From Archaeoglobus sp. JdFR-37 (GTDB lineage: Archaea > Halobacteriota > Archaeoglobi > Archaeoglobales > Archaeoglobaceae), in the NCBI GenBank assembly GCA_002010215.1, contig MTMY01000033.1, positions 1-64,000 on the forward strand: a stretch of DNA of 64,000 nt. The letters run 5' to 3'. The stretch's first letter is position 1; every line of letters starts with the position of its first letter. Under the pieces are notes generated by a model. That model worked only from the letters and a program-made list of their open reading frames with translations. It had not been told where the DNA came from and searched no databases. This document shows positions 1-8,672 of the stretch, piece by piece. The position numbers were made by a program, and so were the translations under genes.

Positions 1-111
1 AATCTTTCCTTGATTTTTTCCGACTAAAACAGGCTTTCTACGCTTAGGACACCAGACCAAATGGTATTGGATTAGATACACTTTGTTTCTTGAATGTTGA
101 TGATTGCCCAT
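1..111 (-). mobile_element. tnpA: IS200/IS605-family Y1 transposase TnpA, 5' part (runs off window; apparent +1 frameshift in a 6-A run)
   Basis: Manual translation from ATG at 111: MGNHQHSRNKVYLIQYHLVWCPKRRKPVLVG, the typical TnpA N-terminal YHxVWCPKxR motif; removing one A gives ...VGKIKER. Confidence 0.85.
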
Positions 112-178
112 CTATAAACAATTTAGCTATTGATACATTTAAACTTATCGATAAAGATACTTACATCCCCTAATTCAT

Positions 179-198
179 CCCCTCGTTGAAACGAGGGG
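179..198. repeat. IS200/IS605-type subterminal hairpin (element end upstream of tnpA)
   Basis: Perfect 8-bp stem CCCCTCGT-TGAA-ACGAGGGG in the context TTCATCCCC...GGGGCTTTC typical of IS200/IS605 ends. Confidence 0.75.
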
Positions 199-270
199 CT
201 TTCTTAGATAACATGTTTGGGCTTCCGTCCTTAAATGTTTCAAATAAGAATAAAAATTGGAGGAGATAAC

Positions 271-1253
271 ATGGGCGGAAGCCAAGTGTATGTAGGGGTG
301 GATGTACATAAGAATTACTCCTGGGTATGTGCAATGGATGAGGAGGGCGAAGTCCTTTTCGAGAAGAAAGTGAGATCTGAAGAGCTCGAAGATGCAATTA
401 AAGAGATCCCTGGAAACAAAGTCATCATCCTTGAACCAACTACAATAACGATGCCGATAGCAACAAAGATTCATAAAGCTATGAACGTTAAGCTCGCACA
501 TCCTTTAAAAACTAAGCTTATAGCAGAATCAAAGAAAAAGACAGGCAAAGTAGATGCAAAGGTTCTTGCTGATTTAGCAAGAGCAAACTTTTCTGCCTGA
601 AGCTTATCTACCACCAGACGATATACTAGAGCTAAGAGAAATAATCAGGGAAAGAGTGAGGCTGAAAAGACTATCAGTTTCGATAAAAAAACAGAATTCA
701 CTCAATTCTTGTAAAGAACGGAATAAAGATAGACAAGCCATTTACGAAAGATGGAAGAGGAGAACTTAGATCTATGGGAAATAAGTGGATAGATCGCTAC
801 TTAAGAATTCTTGAGAGAATAGAGGATGAGATAAATGAGATAGATAAGGAGATCAAGAATATATGCCTTATGAATGAGGAAATATCAATTCTGCTTACAA
901 TTCCAAGAATAGGCTATTTCTCAGCTCTATTAATTTACGCAGAAGTTGGAGATATAAATCGATTCCCAAACTCGAAAAAGTTGTGCAGCTATGCAGGCTT
1001 AGTTCCAACTGTTAGGCAATCAGGGAACAAGATAATCAGAGGGAGAATAACGAAGGAAGGAAATAAGCTGTTAAGATGGGTTCTTGTTCAGTGTGCTCAT
1101 ATGGCTGTAAGGAAGGATGAAAAGTTCAAACAGTTCTATGAAAGAATAAAACACAGAAAGGGTCCTCAAAAAGCTATAATAGCTACAGCAAGAAAACTAC
1201 TAACGGTGATTTATGCATGCTGGAAGAATAGAACTGCTTACGATGAGGGCTGA
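271..1253 (+). pseudogene. IS110-family recombinase/transposase, disrupted
   Basis: GVDVHK, ILEPT, YAGLVP..RQSG, ITKEGNKLLRWVLVQCA motifs; +1 frameshifts at T-run 589-592 and A-run 685-691 (correction restores NFLPEAYLPP and IKNRIHSIL); KTGKVDA instead of KTDxxDA. Confidence 0.9.
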
Positions 1254-1403
1254 AACCCGGAATGTCGCTGGATTGATTAAATCCGTTTCTTAGATTGGGT
1301 TAGGCCCTCACCGAACGACTGTTAATGTGGGGGAACCTCGGATGGAAGCTTGTCGATAAAAAGATAATAATAAGAATAAGATGATAAAAAGAGGGTGAGG
1401 GTT
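1254..1403 (+). ncRNA. Putative bridge RNA / seekRNA of the IS1111-type element
   Basis: Two stem-internal loop-hairpin modules whose loop strands match the target (TTTCTTAGA; AATGTC) and donor (ATGGAAGC; TGTTA) junctions; long-range stem CCCTCACC 1305-1312 / GGTGAGGG 1394-1401. Confidence 0.7.
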
Positions 1404-1598
1404 GGGGTTGAATAAACTTTAACTACTAAATACTATCACCTTTGGTCGGAAGCCCAACATGGAAGCGACGTTTTGTAAAAGAAAAATCTCCTTTCGCAAG
1501 AGAAGGTATGTGGGTTACTTTCACCTGTAATGCGAAATTCTAAAAAAGAAAAACTTCGATCAACTGTGAAATCTCTCCTCAAACGTGGCTTCTCGCCT

Positions 1599-1928
1599 TC
1601 ACTGTTCGTCTAATCTTATTTCCAGATCTAGGAGTGGAGCATATTGCTGACTGCCAAAGATGTCGGTTTCACCTGGACTGCCACTTGGCTTAACTCTTCG
1701 AATTGTGAACTTAATGGCGTTTGCCGGATCGAACTCCACGAAACTGATGATCCGCTCCTCAGGAATCCCAAACAACTGTGCAATAGTCTTTTTATTCAAC
1801 ACTCCACTTTTTTTAACCATCATGTAGTTATCTGGATTGCTGAAGATTATGTCGAATGTGATGCTGTTAACTCCAGCATTCTTGCTTCTTATCGTTGTAG
1901 CCAACTCAACCAATCTTTTCACAGCCAT
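1599..1928 (-). CDS. DUF4387 / AtuA-associated small ferredoxin-like-fold protein
   Basis: IRSKNAG..ITFDIIF and D.FGSQQYAPLL motifs; start moved to ATG 1928 behind GAGGTGA SD. Confidence 0.8.
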   Translation of the reverse strand: MAVKRLVELATTIRSKNAGVNSITFDIIFSNPDNYMMVKKSGVLNKKTIAQLFGIPEERIISFVEFDPANAIKFTIRRVKPSGSPGETDIFGSQQYAPLLDLEIRLDEQ

Positions 1929-1938
1929 CCAATCACCT

Positions 1939-3291
1939 CTAAACCTCCTCAAAATGTATCTCAAACAGCTCCAACGGGTCTGAAACCGGAACCAAGTGGT
2001 TAACTGTCCATTCGTATGCTGGTTTTGTCAGTATCGCTTCATCAGACATCATGGCTGCAGTTCCCGCAGTTCCTTTCACATCTGGTAACCTAGCGTAGAA
2101 TGTGTTTCGAGCAGCCAATGTTGCAATTTCTTTAGCCTTTTCTGCAGTTTCTGCAACACATTCGACAATCAAGCAGATCTCATGAGGTGAAGGATTCTTA
2201 ATCGGCTCCAGGTCTTTCATCACCCCGTTGATGCCATACAGGTGGTAATATAGCTGGTATGAGTTGGTGGAATATCTTTCTTCAACCTTCTCCCTTGACC
2301 ACTCAACAACCTTGTCTATATGCTTGATTAAGTATGGGTCTCTGAACCCAACTATGCATATGCATCTCTCACCTACTTTTCCTGCTCCCTCAAGCTTTAT
2401 TTTCAGTTCACTCTCTATGAACTTGAAGCCCGTCACCCTTGTTCTTCTATAGTCAATCTGCTCATATATGCATTCACTCATGTCCAGAATGCCTCCCGGC
2501 ACCCTTTCGTAGTACGGGTCAATTCTTTCATACATGCTATGGCTTGCTACAGAAGCAACTGTACAGCGCTGTTTTGGATGCATGGGCTCAACAATAACTT
2601 CTCCCTCTCTTACATACCCCATCACGCTTTCCTTGCCCATAAAAGGCTCGGCACAAAACGACGCGCACTCCAGAACTTTTCCCGCATAAAATGCTGTTGC
2701 TTTGGATAAACCCTCCCAAATGAGGGGGGCAGCGAAAATTGATGAATCTGAACTGCGTCCCGCGATTATAACATCCGCACCATTGTCCAGTGCATGGATT
2801 ATCGGTTCGGGACCCATTACTGCAACTATTGTGTCAGTTCTATCCAGTATCTGTGGAGTCAGGTCTTCAAAGCCATCCAACCCCTCAATTCTCACTTCGT
2901 TTAGAATCTGCTTGATTTTGTTTTTATCCTGCTGTGAGTATATGTAAGCAAGGTTGAAGTGTAAGTCATTCTCTTTTGCAATATCCTTGATTATCCGTAC
3001 AAATTGGTCAACACCTCTGTTTGTTCCGGTATCTGAAGCGCTTCCTATGATCATAGGGATATCCAGTTCTCTGGATGCTCCGAGGATCAGCTCCAGATCG
3101 TGTTTTTGCCAGATTTCGGGGCTGCAGGGCTTATCAGCCCCCAAATAATACGGGCCGATATCAGCACTTCCGGAGTCTGCAACAATATAATCTGGCTCTT
3201 TGCTAACTCCCAACAGAAAGCTACCTTTTTCTAAAGGGGTGAAACCCAGATGTCCAGTAGGTGACAGTATTTTAATTTCTTTCAACACCAC
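1939..3291 (-). CDS. Acyclic terpene utilisation AtuA-family protein (DUF1446)
   Basis: ILSPTGHLG, DSGSADIGPYYLG, GADVIIAGRSSD, GKVLECASFCAEP, HSMYE motifs; paired with DUF4387. Confidence 0.8.
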   Translation of the reverse strand: MVLKEIKILSPTGHLGFTPLEKGSFLLGVSKEPDYIVADSGSADIGPYYLGADKPCSPEIWQKHDLELILGASRELDIPMIIGSASDTGTNRGVDQFVRIIKDIAKENDLHFNLAYIYSQQDKNKIKQILNEVRIEGLDGFEDLTPQILDRTDTIVAVMGPEPIIHALDNGADVIIAGRSSDSSIFAAPLIWEGLSKATAFYAGKVLECASFCAEPFMGKESVMGYVREGEVIVEPMHPKQRCTVASVASHSMYERIDPYYERVPGGILDMSECIYEQIDYRRTRVTGFKFIESELKIKLEGAGKVGERCICIVGFRDPYLIKHIDKVVEWSREKVEERYSTNSYQLYYHLYGINGVMKDLEPIKNPSPHEICLIVECVAETAEKAKEIATLAARNTFYARLPDVKGTAGTAAMMSDEAILTKPAYEWTVNHLVPVSDPLELFEIHFEEV

Positions 3292-3345
3292 ACCTCCTAT
3301 TAACCTCGCTTTGTAACCGAAATCGGTTTCAGTATTTAAATCTTT

Positions 3346-3359
3346 GGAAATTAGCTTCC
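3346..3359. promoter_or_regulatory. NrpR-type operator GGAA-N6-TTCC abutting BRE/TATA of the atuA-like operon
   Basis: GGAAATTAGCTTCC; minus-strand TTTAAATA at 3333-3340. Confidence 0.7.
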
Positions 3360-3400
3360 AAAAGATTGAAAAATAAAAAGATTAAATTTTGAAGATAAAT

Positions 3401-3414
3401 GGAATAAGATGTCC
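3401..3414. promoter_or_regulatory. Second NrpR-type operator (1 mismatch)
   Basis: GGAATAAGATGTCC within extended palindrome TAAATGGA...TCCATTTA, 55 bp from the first site. Confidence 0.5.
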
Positions 3415-3430
3415 ATTTAGGAGTGCAATG

Positions 3431-4438
3431 TTATTTTAAAATTTTGTCAGGGGTCTTCATCTTGCTTATTTCAATCAATGTGGCGTTTATAGTCAATTTT
3501 ACATTCATTCTTTCTTCGATTAAAGGAGCAAAGTAATTTCCCCCTCCAAAAACGATTAATCTTCCTTTGCTTGCATCCGTGACGTCGATTCTCTCTATTT
3601 CGGGTGTTATTGCAAAAAGTTCGATAATGCCATCTATGCCTACTTTCTTTAATTGGTTAACAGTGCTTTCAACGACATCCGAAAAGAAAAAAGGAAATCT
3701 TTTGATTGCTGCCGTGACATACCCATTACCTGTTTCTGCAATCTTCCTCACAGATGTCCACCCTGCTTTGATGAACAACTCACCTGGGCTTAAAGTAGCC
3801 CCATTATGTGTTATCAGCTCCACAAATCCCACAGGTCTTTTATCTCTGATCTCATAAACTCCTGCTGCAATTGATTCAACAAATATCCCCTTTTTACGGA
3901 GTACGCTGTCATATACTGTAGTGGAAATGCAACCCAGTCCTACATGGTCTTCAGGCACACTGTATTCTCCAAGACTCTCTTCTTCGTCACTCACGGCAAT
4001 CAGCGGTGAAGGAAAAACGTTCAGAGATGAAACGGAATTGATAATCTCCACTGCCCTTTCAAAATCATCTTTGGGCACAACAGCCACATTTGCAAGAACT
4101 GTCCCTTTACCAGTCTCAGGGCTAAAGGTGCTGCTTGAAATCATTTTCTCTACCTGAATGGAGGGCATACCAAGCCTCTCATAAACCATTATTCTTTTCA
4201 GTTGTTCGAGCCCTTCAGGTGTTATAACGCACCCCTTCCTTCCTATCTTGACGATAAATCCGAGCTCTTCCAGCTGCCTAAGATGGTACCTAACCGTTCT
4301 GGAGTCAACGTATACCTTCTCCTTATGGAGAATTCTGGCTATTTCGATTGAATTGGTTAGTTTTGATGACATGGAAATTATCTTAAGTATCTCTACCGCG
4401 GTTTTCGGAAGATCGCCGTACTTCTGAGTCATCATCAT
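3431..4438 (-). CDS. NrpR-like transcriptional regulator (winged HTH + single NrpR regulatory/DUF128 domain)
   Basis: N-terminal wHTH (DSRTVRYHLRQLEELG..ITPEG), then F.PETGKGTVLANVA and G.TLSPGELFI...T segments of the NRD. Confidence 0.8.
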   Translation of the reverse strand: MMMTQKYGDLPKTAVEILKIISMSSKLTNSIEIARILHKEKVYVDSRTVRYHLRQLEELGFIVKIGRKGCVITPEGLEQLKRIMVYERLGMPSIQVEKMISSSTFSPETGKGTVLANVAVVPKDDFERAVEIINSVSSLNVFPSPLIAVSDEEESLGEYSVPEDHVGLGCISTTVYDSVLRKKGIFVESIAAGVYEIRDKRPVGFVELITHNGATLSPGELFIKAGWTSVRKIAETGNGYVTAAIKRFPFFFSDVVESTVNQLKKVGIDGIIELFAITPEIERIDVTDASKGRLIVFGGGNYFAPLIEERMNVKLTINATLIEISKMKTPDKILK

Positions 4439-4472
4439 GTTTTTGGTCTTTTTACTATTAAAATTTTATTAA

Positions 4473-4486
4473 GGATTCGCAATTCC
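4473..4486. promoter_or_regulatory. NrpR-type operator upstream of the regulator's own promoter (1 mismatch)
   Basis: GGATTCGCAATTCC. Confidence 0.45.
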
Positions 4487-4517
4487 AATTGGATCGTTTT
4501 TCATCACTTCAGTTATT

Positions 4518-4531
4518 GGAAGTCAATTACC
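4518..4531. promoter_or_regulatory. NrpR-type operator abutting BRE/TATA of the transporter operon (1 mismatch)
   Basis: TT-GGAAGTCAATTACC-AA followed by AAAG-TTTTAATA (TATA 4538-4545). Confidence 0.6.
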
Positions 4532-4586
4532 AAAAAGTTTTAATATTATCAATGATGTTGAACCTGACGTCGCTGGAGGTGGTAGG

Positions 4587-4697
4587 ATGTGTGAAACTCG
4601 AATGGACGGCTACATTGAAAGAGAAATTCTTGTAGAAAATGGCAAGAGAACACCGATCTCAGTGATATCAAACGTCATCTCACTTTTCCGGAGGTGA
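4587..4697 (+). CDS. Small hypothetical protein (36 aa), first ORF of the transporter operon
   Basis: MCETRMDGYIEREILVENGKRTPISVISNVISLFRR; GGAGGTGG SD upstream; stop overlaps GGAGGTGA SD of next gene. Confidence 0.5.
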   Translation: MCETRMDGYIEREILVENGKRTPISVISNVISLFRR

Positions 4698-4701
4698 GAG
4701 A

Positions 4702-6078
4702 TTGGACACTCTTTTAGGAATCCCTCTACCGATACTCTACATTGTACTGTTGCTAGGAATAATTGCTGTACTGTTCGTTGTCTTTAGACGGCCGATATAC
4801 GAAGTGATGGCTCTCTCGTACGTTCTTCTGATAGTGTTCAGTGGCAGGTTCGACATATTCCTGAAATATCTGATAAAGCCTTCGACCAGTACCCTTTTCT
4901 ATGCAATCGTCGGATTTCTTCTGCTTGCCCACGTCTTCGGAGAGACTAAGGTTATTGACAAGATAATAGGGATAATACTGGCGGCCGTTGGCAGATTCAG
5001 GGGTGGTGCTGGATACGTTAGCCTTTTTGGTAGCACATTCATGGCATCTCTCTCTGGATCAGGTCCGGGTAACGTTGCCTCAACAGGAGTCTTCACGATC
5101 CCATCCATGATACGCACAGGCTTTCCAAGACACCTTGCAGCCTCTGTTGAAATGGCATCAAGTGCCATGGGCCCTATGATTCCCCCTTCGGGAACAATCT
5201 TGCTTGCTTTCGGAGTACTTGACGCATTATATCCAGAGATGTTCTCTCTTTCTGAGTTCTGGCTGGTGGTATGGGGGATCGGAATTTGGTTCGTTCTCCA
5301 GAGGCTGATCACTTTAGTCTCAATGACCTACGTATATGATGTTAAGCCAATACCCAAGGAAGAACTTCCATCGCTGAAAGAGTCGCTTAAGGATAGCTGG
5401 TATGTCTTGATACTTCCGATAATGATATTCCTGCCATTCCTGATAGATGCAACGATGAAGGATCTCATAATAGGCAGAATAGGGGCTGACGGAGCCAAAG
5501 CTTTCTCTAAGACCGTGCTGTTCTTCACACCACCCGTCACAATGGCCTACGCAATTCTGATCTCGCGCTCAGAGTTATCTAAAGGTGGTCTCTTCAACAA
5601 CATTGCAAGAATGTTCAAGAACTCGTACCACAGTGTTGTACCGGTGTCACTCACAGTTTACTTTGCATACTCCATTGCCTATGTATTCAAAGAGCTAGAG
5701 CTGGGACAGGCTGTGAATGCCGTCATAGAGCCATTGAATCTCAGTACCGTAGCTCTTGTGCTTCTGATAGTCTTTCTGGGCGTTGTACTCGGAATGGTTC
5801 TTCCTGGCAGTTCTCAGATAGCAATACTTGGTCCAACGCTGGTTACACTGCTGGTTGCAACGGGAATGAGCCCAATTGTGGCAGCAGCAATCTTGCCGGC
5901 TCTTACAGGTGCTCTGGAAGGTATGACTCCGCCATTAGCATTGTGCATGTATGTGGCGATGGGAATAGCTGGATCTGGATTTAAAGAGACAACAAAGATA
6001 ACCCTTGTGTGGGTTGGAGCCCACGTCATCGTACTGCTGCTACTGTTGCTGGGCCTTCTGCCAATTGCTTTCGCATGA
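4702..6078 (+). CDS. TRAP-type (DctM-like) large permease
   Basis: Highly hydrophobic; SGSGPGNVASTG.FTIPSM..GF..AASVE...G.MIPPS and TPPLA motifs. Confidence 0.8.
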   Translation: MDTLLGIPLPILYIVLLLGIIAVLFVVFRRPIYEVMALSYVLLIVFSGRFDIFLKYLIKPSTSTLFYAIVGFLLLAHVFGETKVIDKIIGIILAAVGRFRGGAGYVSLFGSTFMASLSGSGPGNVASTGVFTIPSMIRTGFPRHLAASVEMASSAMGPMIPPSGTILLAFGVLDALYPEMFSLSEFWLVVWGIGIWFVLQRLITLVSMTYVYDVKPIPKEELPSLKESLKDSWYVLILPIMIFLPFLIDATMKDLIIGRIGADGAKAFSKTVLFFTPPVTMAYAILISRSELSKGGLFNNIARMFKNSYHSVVPVSLTVYFAYSIAYVFKELELGQAVNAVIEPLNLSTVALVLLIVFLGVVLGMVLPGSSQIAILGPTLVTLLVATGMSPIVAAAILPALTGALEGMTPPLALCMYVAMGIAGSGFKETTKITLVWVGAHVIVLLLLLLGLLPIAFA

Positions 6079-6092
6079 TAGGAGGTGATATC

Positions 6093-6341
6093 ATGAAAGA
6101 AAAGACTGAAGAAATTGTAAAAGGAGTCTTTGGGGCACTTCTGGGGATTTCGATGATCTCTGGATTGCTGGTATTTCTCATGATACTTGCTGCTTTCGTA
6201 GTAGGTGGAGAACCGGGAGCATCTATCGCCACATTTGCTTGGAAGCAGATTGTTCCGACATCCATTCAGGTTGCGACACTTGGAGTAATTGTAGGATTCC
6301 TGATATTCTACATACGTGGCGAGCATACTTTGAGAATATAA
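6093..6341 (+). CDS. Small membrane protein (82 aa, ~2 TM), possible transporter partner
   Basis: ATG 6093 with GGAGGTGA SD directly after permease; two hydrophobic segments. Confidence 0.7.
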   Translation: MKEKTEEIVKGVFGALLGISMISGLLVFLMILAAFVVGGEPGASIATFAWKQIVPTSIQVATLGVIVGFLIFYIRGEHTLRI

Positions 6342-6375
6342 ATTTCATTTTTATTTATTAGTAAATTATGAATCT

Positions 6376-6522
6376 ATTATTGTTGTATCCAATTCAAGTT
6401 CTCTAATCACCCTTGCAAAGATGGGAAAGCTGAGCATTCTGAAGGAACTTTTTGGCGAAATAACTATTCCAAAGGCAGTTTGGATTGAGGTTGTTAAGAA
6501 GCTGAAGGAGGAGTATGGCTAA
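6376..6522 (+). pseudogene. Truncated PIN-domain (DUF3368-like) remnant
   Basis: IIVVSNSSSLITLAKMGKLSILKELFGEITIPKAVWIEVV then early stop; no in-frame start codon before the motif. Confidence 0.6.
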
Positions 6523-6647
6523 ATACGAGCTCGGAAACATACCTGCAGAACATTGAGATAAGATAGATTAAAAACACAAAAATCACTTACTTGGACACAG
6601 TTCTTAGAAGAAAAAATAGTCAGGAAGCAGTACTGCCTCTAAAATCC

Positions 6648-7520
6648 TTACCAGCACATGATTTTTCTGACTGCACCAACCACCTCATGAAGTGACTGTG
6701 CAACTAAAACCCCTACACCTCTCAATGCTTCTATCTTGGACTCTGCCGTCCCTCTACCACCTTCGATGATTGCCCCTGCATGGCCCATTCTTTTGCCTGG
6801 AGGGGCAGTTATTCCTGCGATGTATCCTACAACAGGCTTGCTCATTTTTGTTGCGATGTATTCTGCTGCCTCCTCTTCAGCACTTCCTCCGATTTCACCG
6901 ATGAGTAGAACCGTGTCGGTTTCATCATCTTCGTCGAACATCTGGAGAACATCCCTGAAGGCCAGCCCTGGCATTGGGTCTCCGCCTATTCCGACGACCG
7001 TTGACTGGCCAATTCCTGCCATAGTAAGGCTCTCGGAAATCTGGTAGGTGAGTGTTCCACTTCTCGAAACTATCCCTAGCCTTCCGGGAGTGAAACTTCT
7101 GTCTGGAAGCAGGCCTACCTTAGATTTCCCTGGACTGATAACTCCAGGGCAGTTCGGGCCGAGAAGCATAGTTGTAGAGCTTTCAAGCCTAAGATGAATC
7201 TTCATTTCGTCGTAAAGTGGGATTCCTTCGGTGACACAGACCACCAAATCAAGTTCAGAATCTACTGCTTCAAGAACTGCATCGTATGCAAACTTGGCAG
7301 GTACGTAAATTATCGACGTGTTTGCCCCTGTCTCCTCAACGGCCTCCTCCACCGTGTTGAAAACGGGAATCCCAAAAACGTCTTCTCCACCCTTTCCCGG
7401 GGAGACTCCTCCAACGATCTTTGTTCCATAATCAAGCATCCTTTTAGTCTGAAATCTCCCCTGAAACCCGGTAATCCCCTGAACTATTACTTTCGTGTTT
7501 TCATCAACCAGTATTGCCAT
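6648..7520 (-). CDS. sucD: Succinyl-CoA synthetase-type ligase alpha subunit
   Basis: [34 protein letters not shown] (phospho-His). Confidence 0.95.
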   Translation of the reverse strand: MAILVDENTKVIVQGITGFQGRFQTKRMLDYGTKIVGGVSPGKGGEDVFGIPVFNTVEEAVEETGANTSIIYVPAKFAYDAVLEAVDSELDLVVCVTEGIPLYDEMKIHLRLESSTTMLLGPNCPGVISPGKSKVGLLPDRSFTPGRLGIVSRSGTLTYQISESLTMAGIGQSTVVGIGGDPMPGLAFRDVLQMFDEDDETDTVLLIGEIGGSAEEEAAEYIATKMSKPVVGYIAGITAPPGKRMGHAGAIIEGGRGTAESKIEALRGVGVLVAQSLHEVVGAVRKIMCW

Positions 7521-8672
7521 TCAGATACCTCCTGCAATCTCCACGGCTTTTTTAGCTCCTTCTTCAATGCTGTCCACCAGATATATCTCGGCTCCTGTCT
7601 TTTCTGCATATTCTTTGAGTAATTGCTTTCCGAGTTCCTCATTTGTTCCTACTAGCTTGATGACGTGCGGAACCCTGCCAGTATTTTGCATAGCCAGAAT
7701 TATTCCTTCAGCTACTTTTTCACATCTCGTAATCTCAGCGAAGATGTTTACGAAAACGACCTTCACGTTCTCATCCTTAACCACATGCTCCAGACACATC
7801 TTCATTTTCTGAGGATCGGCCAAACCCCCTCCTGTATCGAGGAAATTTGCAGGCCTGCCCCCCATGAGCCTTATGAGATCCATCGTCGCCATGGCCAGTC
7901 CGGCGCCGTTGGCAACGATTCCTATGTCTCCTTCGATTTTGACGTAGTTTAGCCCTTTCAGTATCGCTTCCCTTTCGAGTTCATCAACCTCTGTCGCATC
8001 CCTGAGTTTTAACAGCTCAGGGTGACGGTAAAGAGAGTTGTCATCGATGTTCAGCCTTGCATCTGCAGCAACGAATCCGGTATCTGTTAAAACAAGAGGG
8101 TTTATTTCGGTAAGCTCGGCTTCAAATTTGAGAGCTATTTTGCAAAGGTTTTTGACTATTTTCAAAAACTCTGAAACCTCGGAACTGCTGAACTCTGCTC
8201 TAAACAGCGTTTTTCTCACCTGATAATCCTGCAAACCCCAGAGAGGGTCGATGTAAATCTTAAGCATCTCTTCAGGATATTTTTCTGCGATTTCCTCCAC
8301 ATTCATTCCGCCCTTTTTACTCAGAATCAATGCGGGTCTCTTTCTGCCCTTATCTATCACATAACCGACGTAGTACTCCTCTTGGACATTCAGAGCTTCC
8401 TCAACGAGAACCTTTTCAACTTTGTGACCTTTTATATAGCTTCCAATAAGCTTCTCAGCAATCCTCTCCGCCTCATCGGGACTCTCTGCCCTCTTTATTC
8501 CTCCAGCCTTTCCCCTGCCACCGACAAGAACCTGTGCCTTGACAACAACCACTCCACCAAGCTCTTCAGCTATCTCTCTGACCTCTTCAGGGGTTTCAGC
8601 AAGTCTCCCTCTTGGAACCGGTATGCCGTGCTCTGAGAAAATTTTCTTTGCCTGATACTCGTGAAGCCTCAT
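7521..8672 (-). CDS. sucC: Succinyl-CoA synthetase-type ligase beta subunit (atypical NIFAEI motif)
   Basis: MRLHEYQAK, KAQVLVGGRGKAGG, EINPL, NGAGLAMAT, PANFLD. Confidence 0.92.
   Translation of the reverse strand: MRLHEYQAKKIFSEHGIPVPRGRLAETPEEVREIAEELGGVVVVKAQVLVGGRGKAGGIKRAESPDEAERIAEKLIGSYIKGHKVEKVLVEEALNVQEEYYVGYVIDKGRKRPALILSKKGGMNVEEIAEKYPEEMLKIYIDPLWGLQDYQVRKTLFRAEFSSSEVSEFLKIVKNLCKIALKFEAELTEINPLVLTDTGFVAADARLNIDDNSLYRHPELLKLRDATEVDELEREAILKGLNYVKIEGDIGIVANGAGLAMATMDLIRLMGGRPANFLDTGGGLADPQKMKMCLEHVVKDENVKVVFVNIFAEITRCEKVAEGIILAMQNTGRVPHVIKLVGTNEELGKQLLKEYAEKTGAEIYLVDSIEEGAKKAVEIAGGI

Larger units (their letters stand above)
209..1466 (+). mobile_element. IS110-family element, IS1111 type
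   Basis: Subterminal inverted repeats CATGTTTGGGCTTCCGTCC (212-230) / GGTCGGAAGCCCAACATG (1444-1461); GA dinucleotide on both flanks (207-208, 1467-1468); DEDD-type transposase followed by ~200-nt non-coding region. Confidence 0.85.

Noticed and set aside
589..691. Programmed frameshifting as an explanation for the split IS110 ORF
   Set aside because: Two separate +1 shifts would be needed, and a catalytic Asp is also mutated; pseudogenisation is simpler
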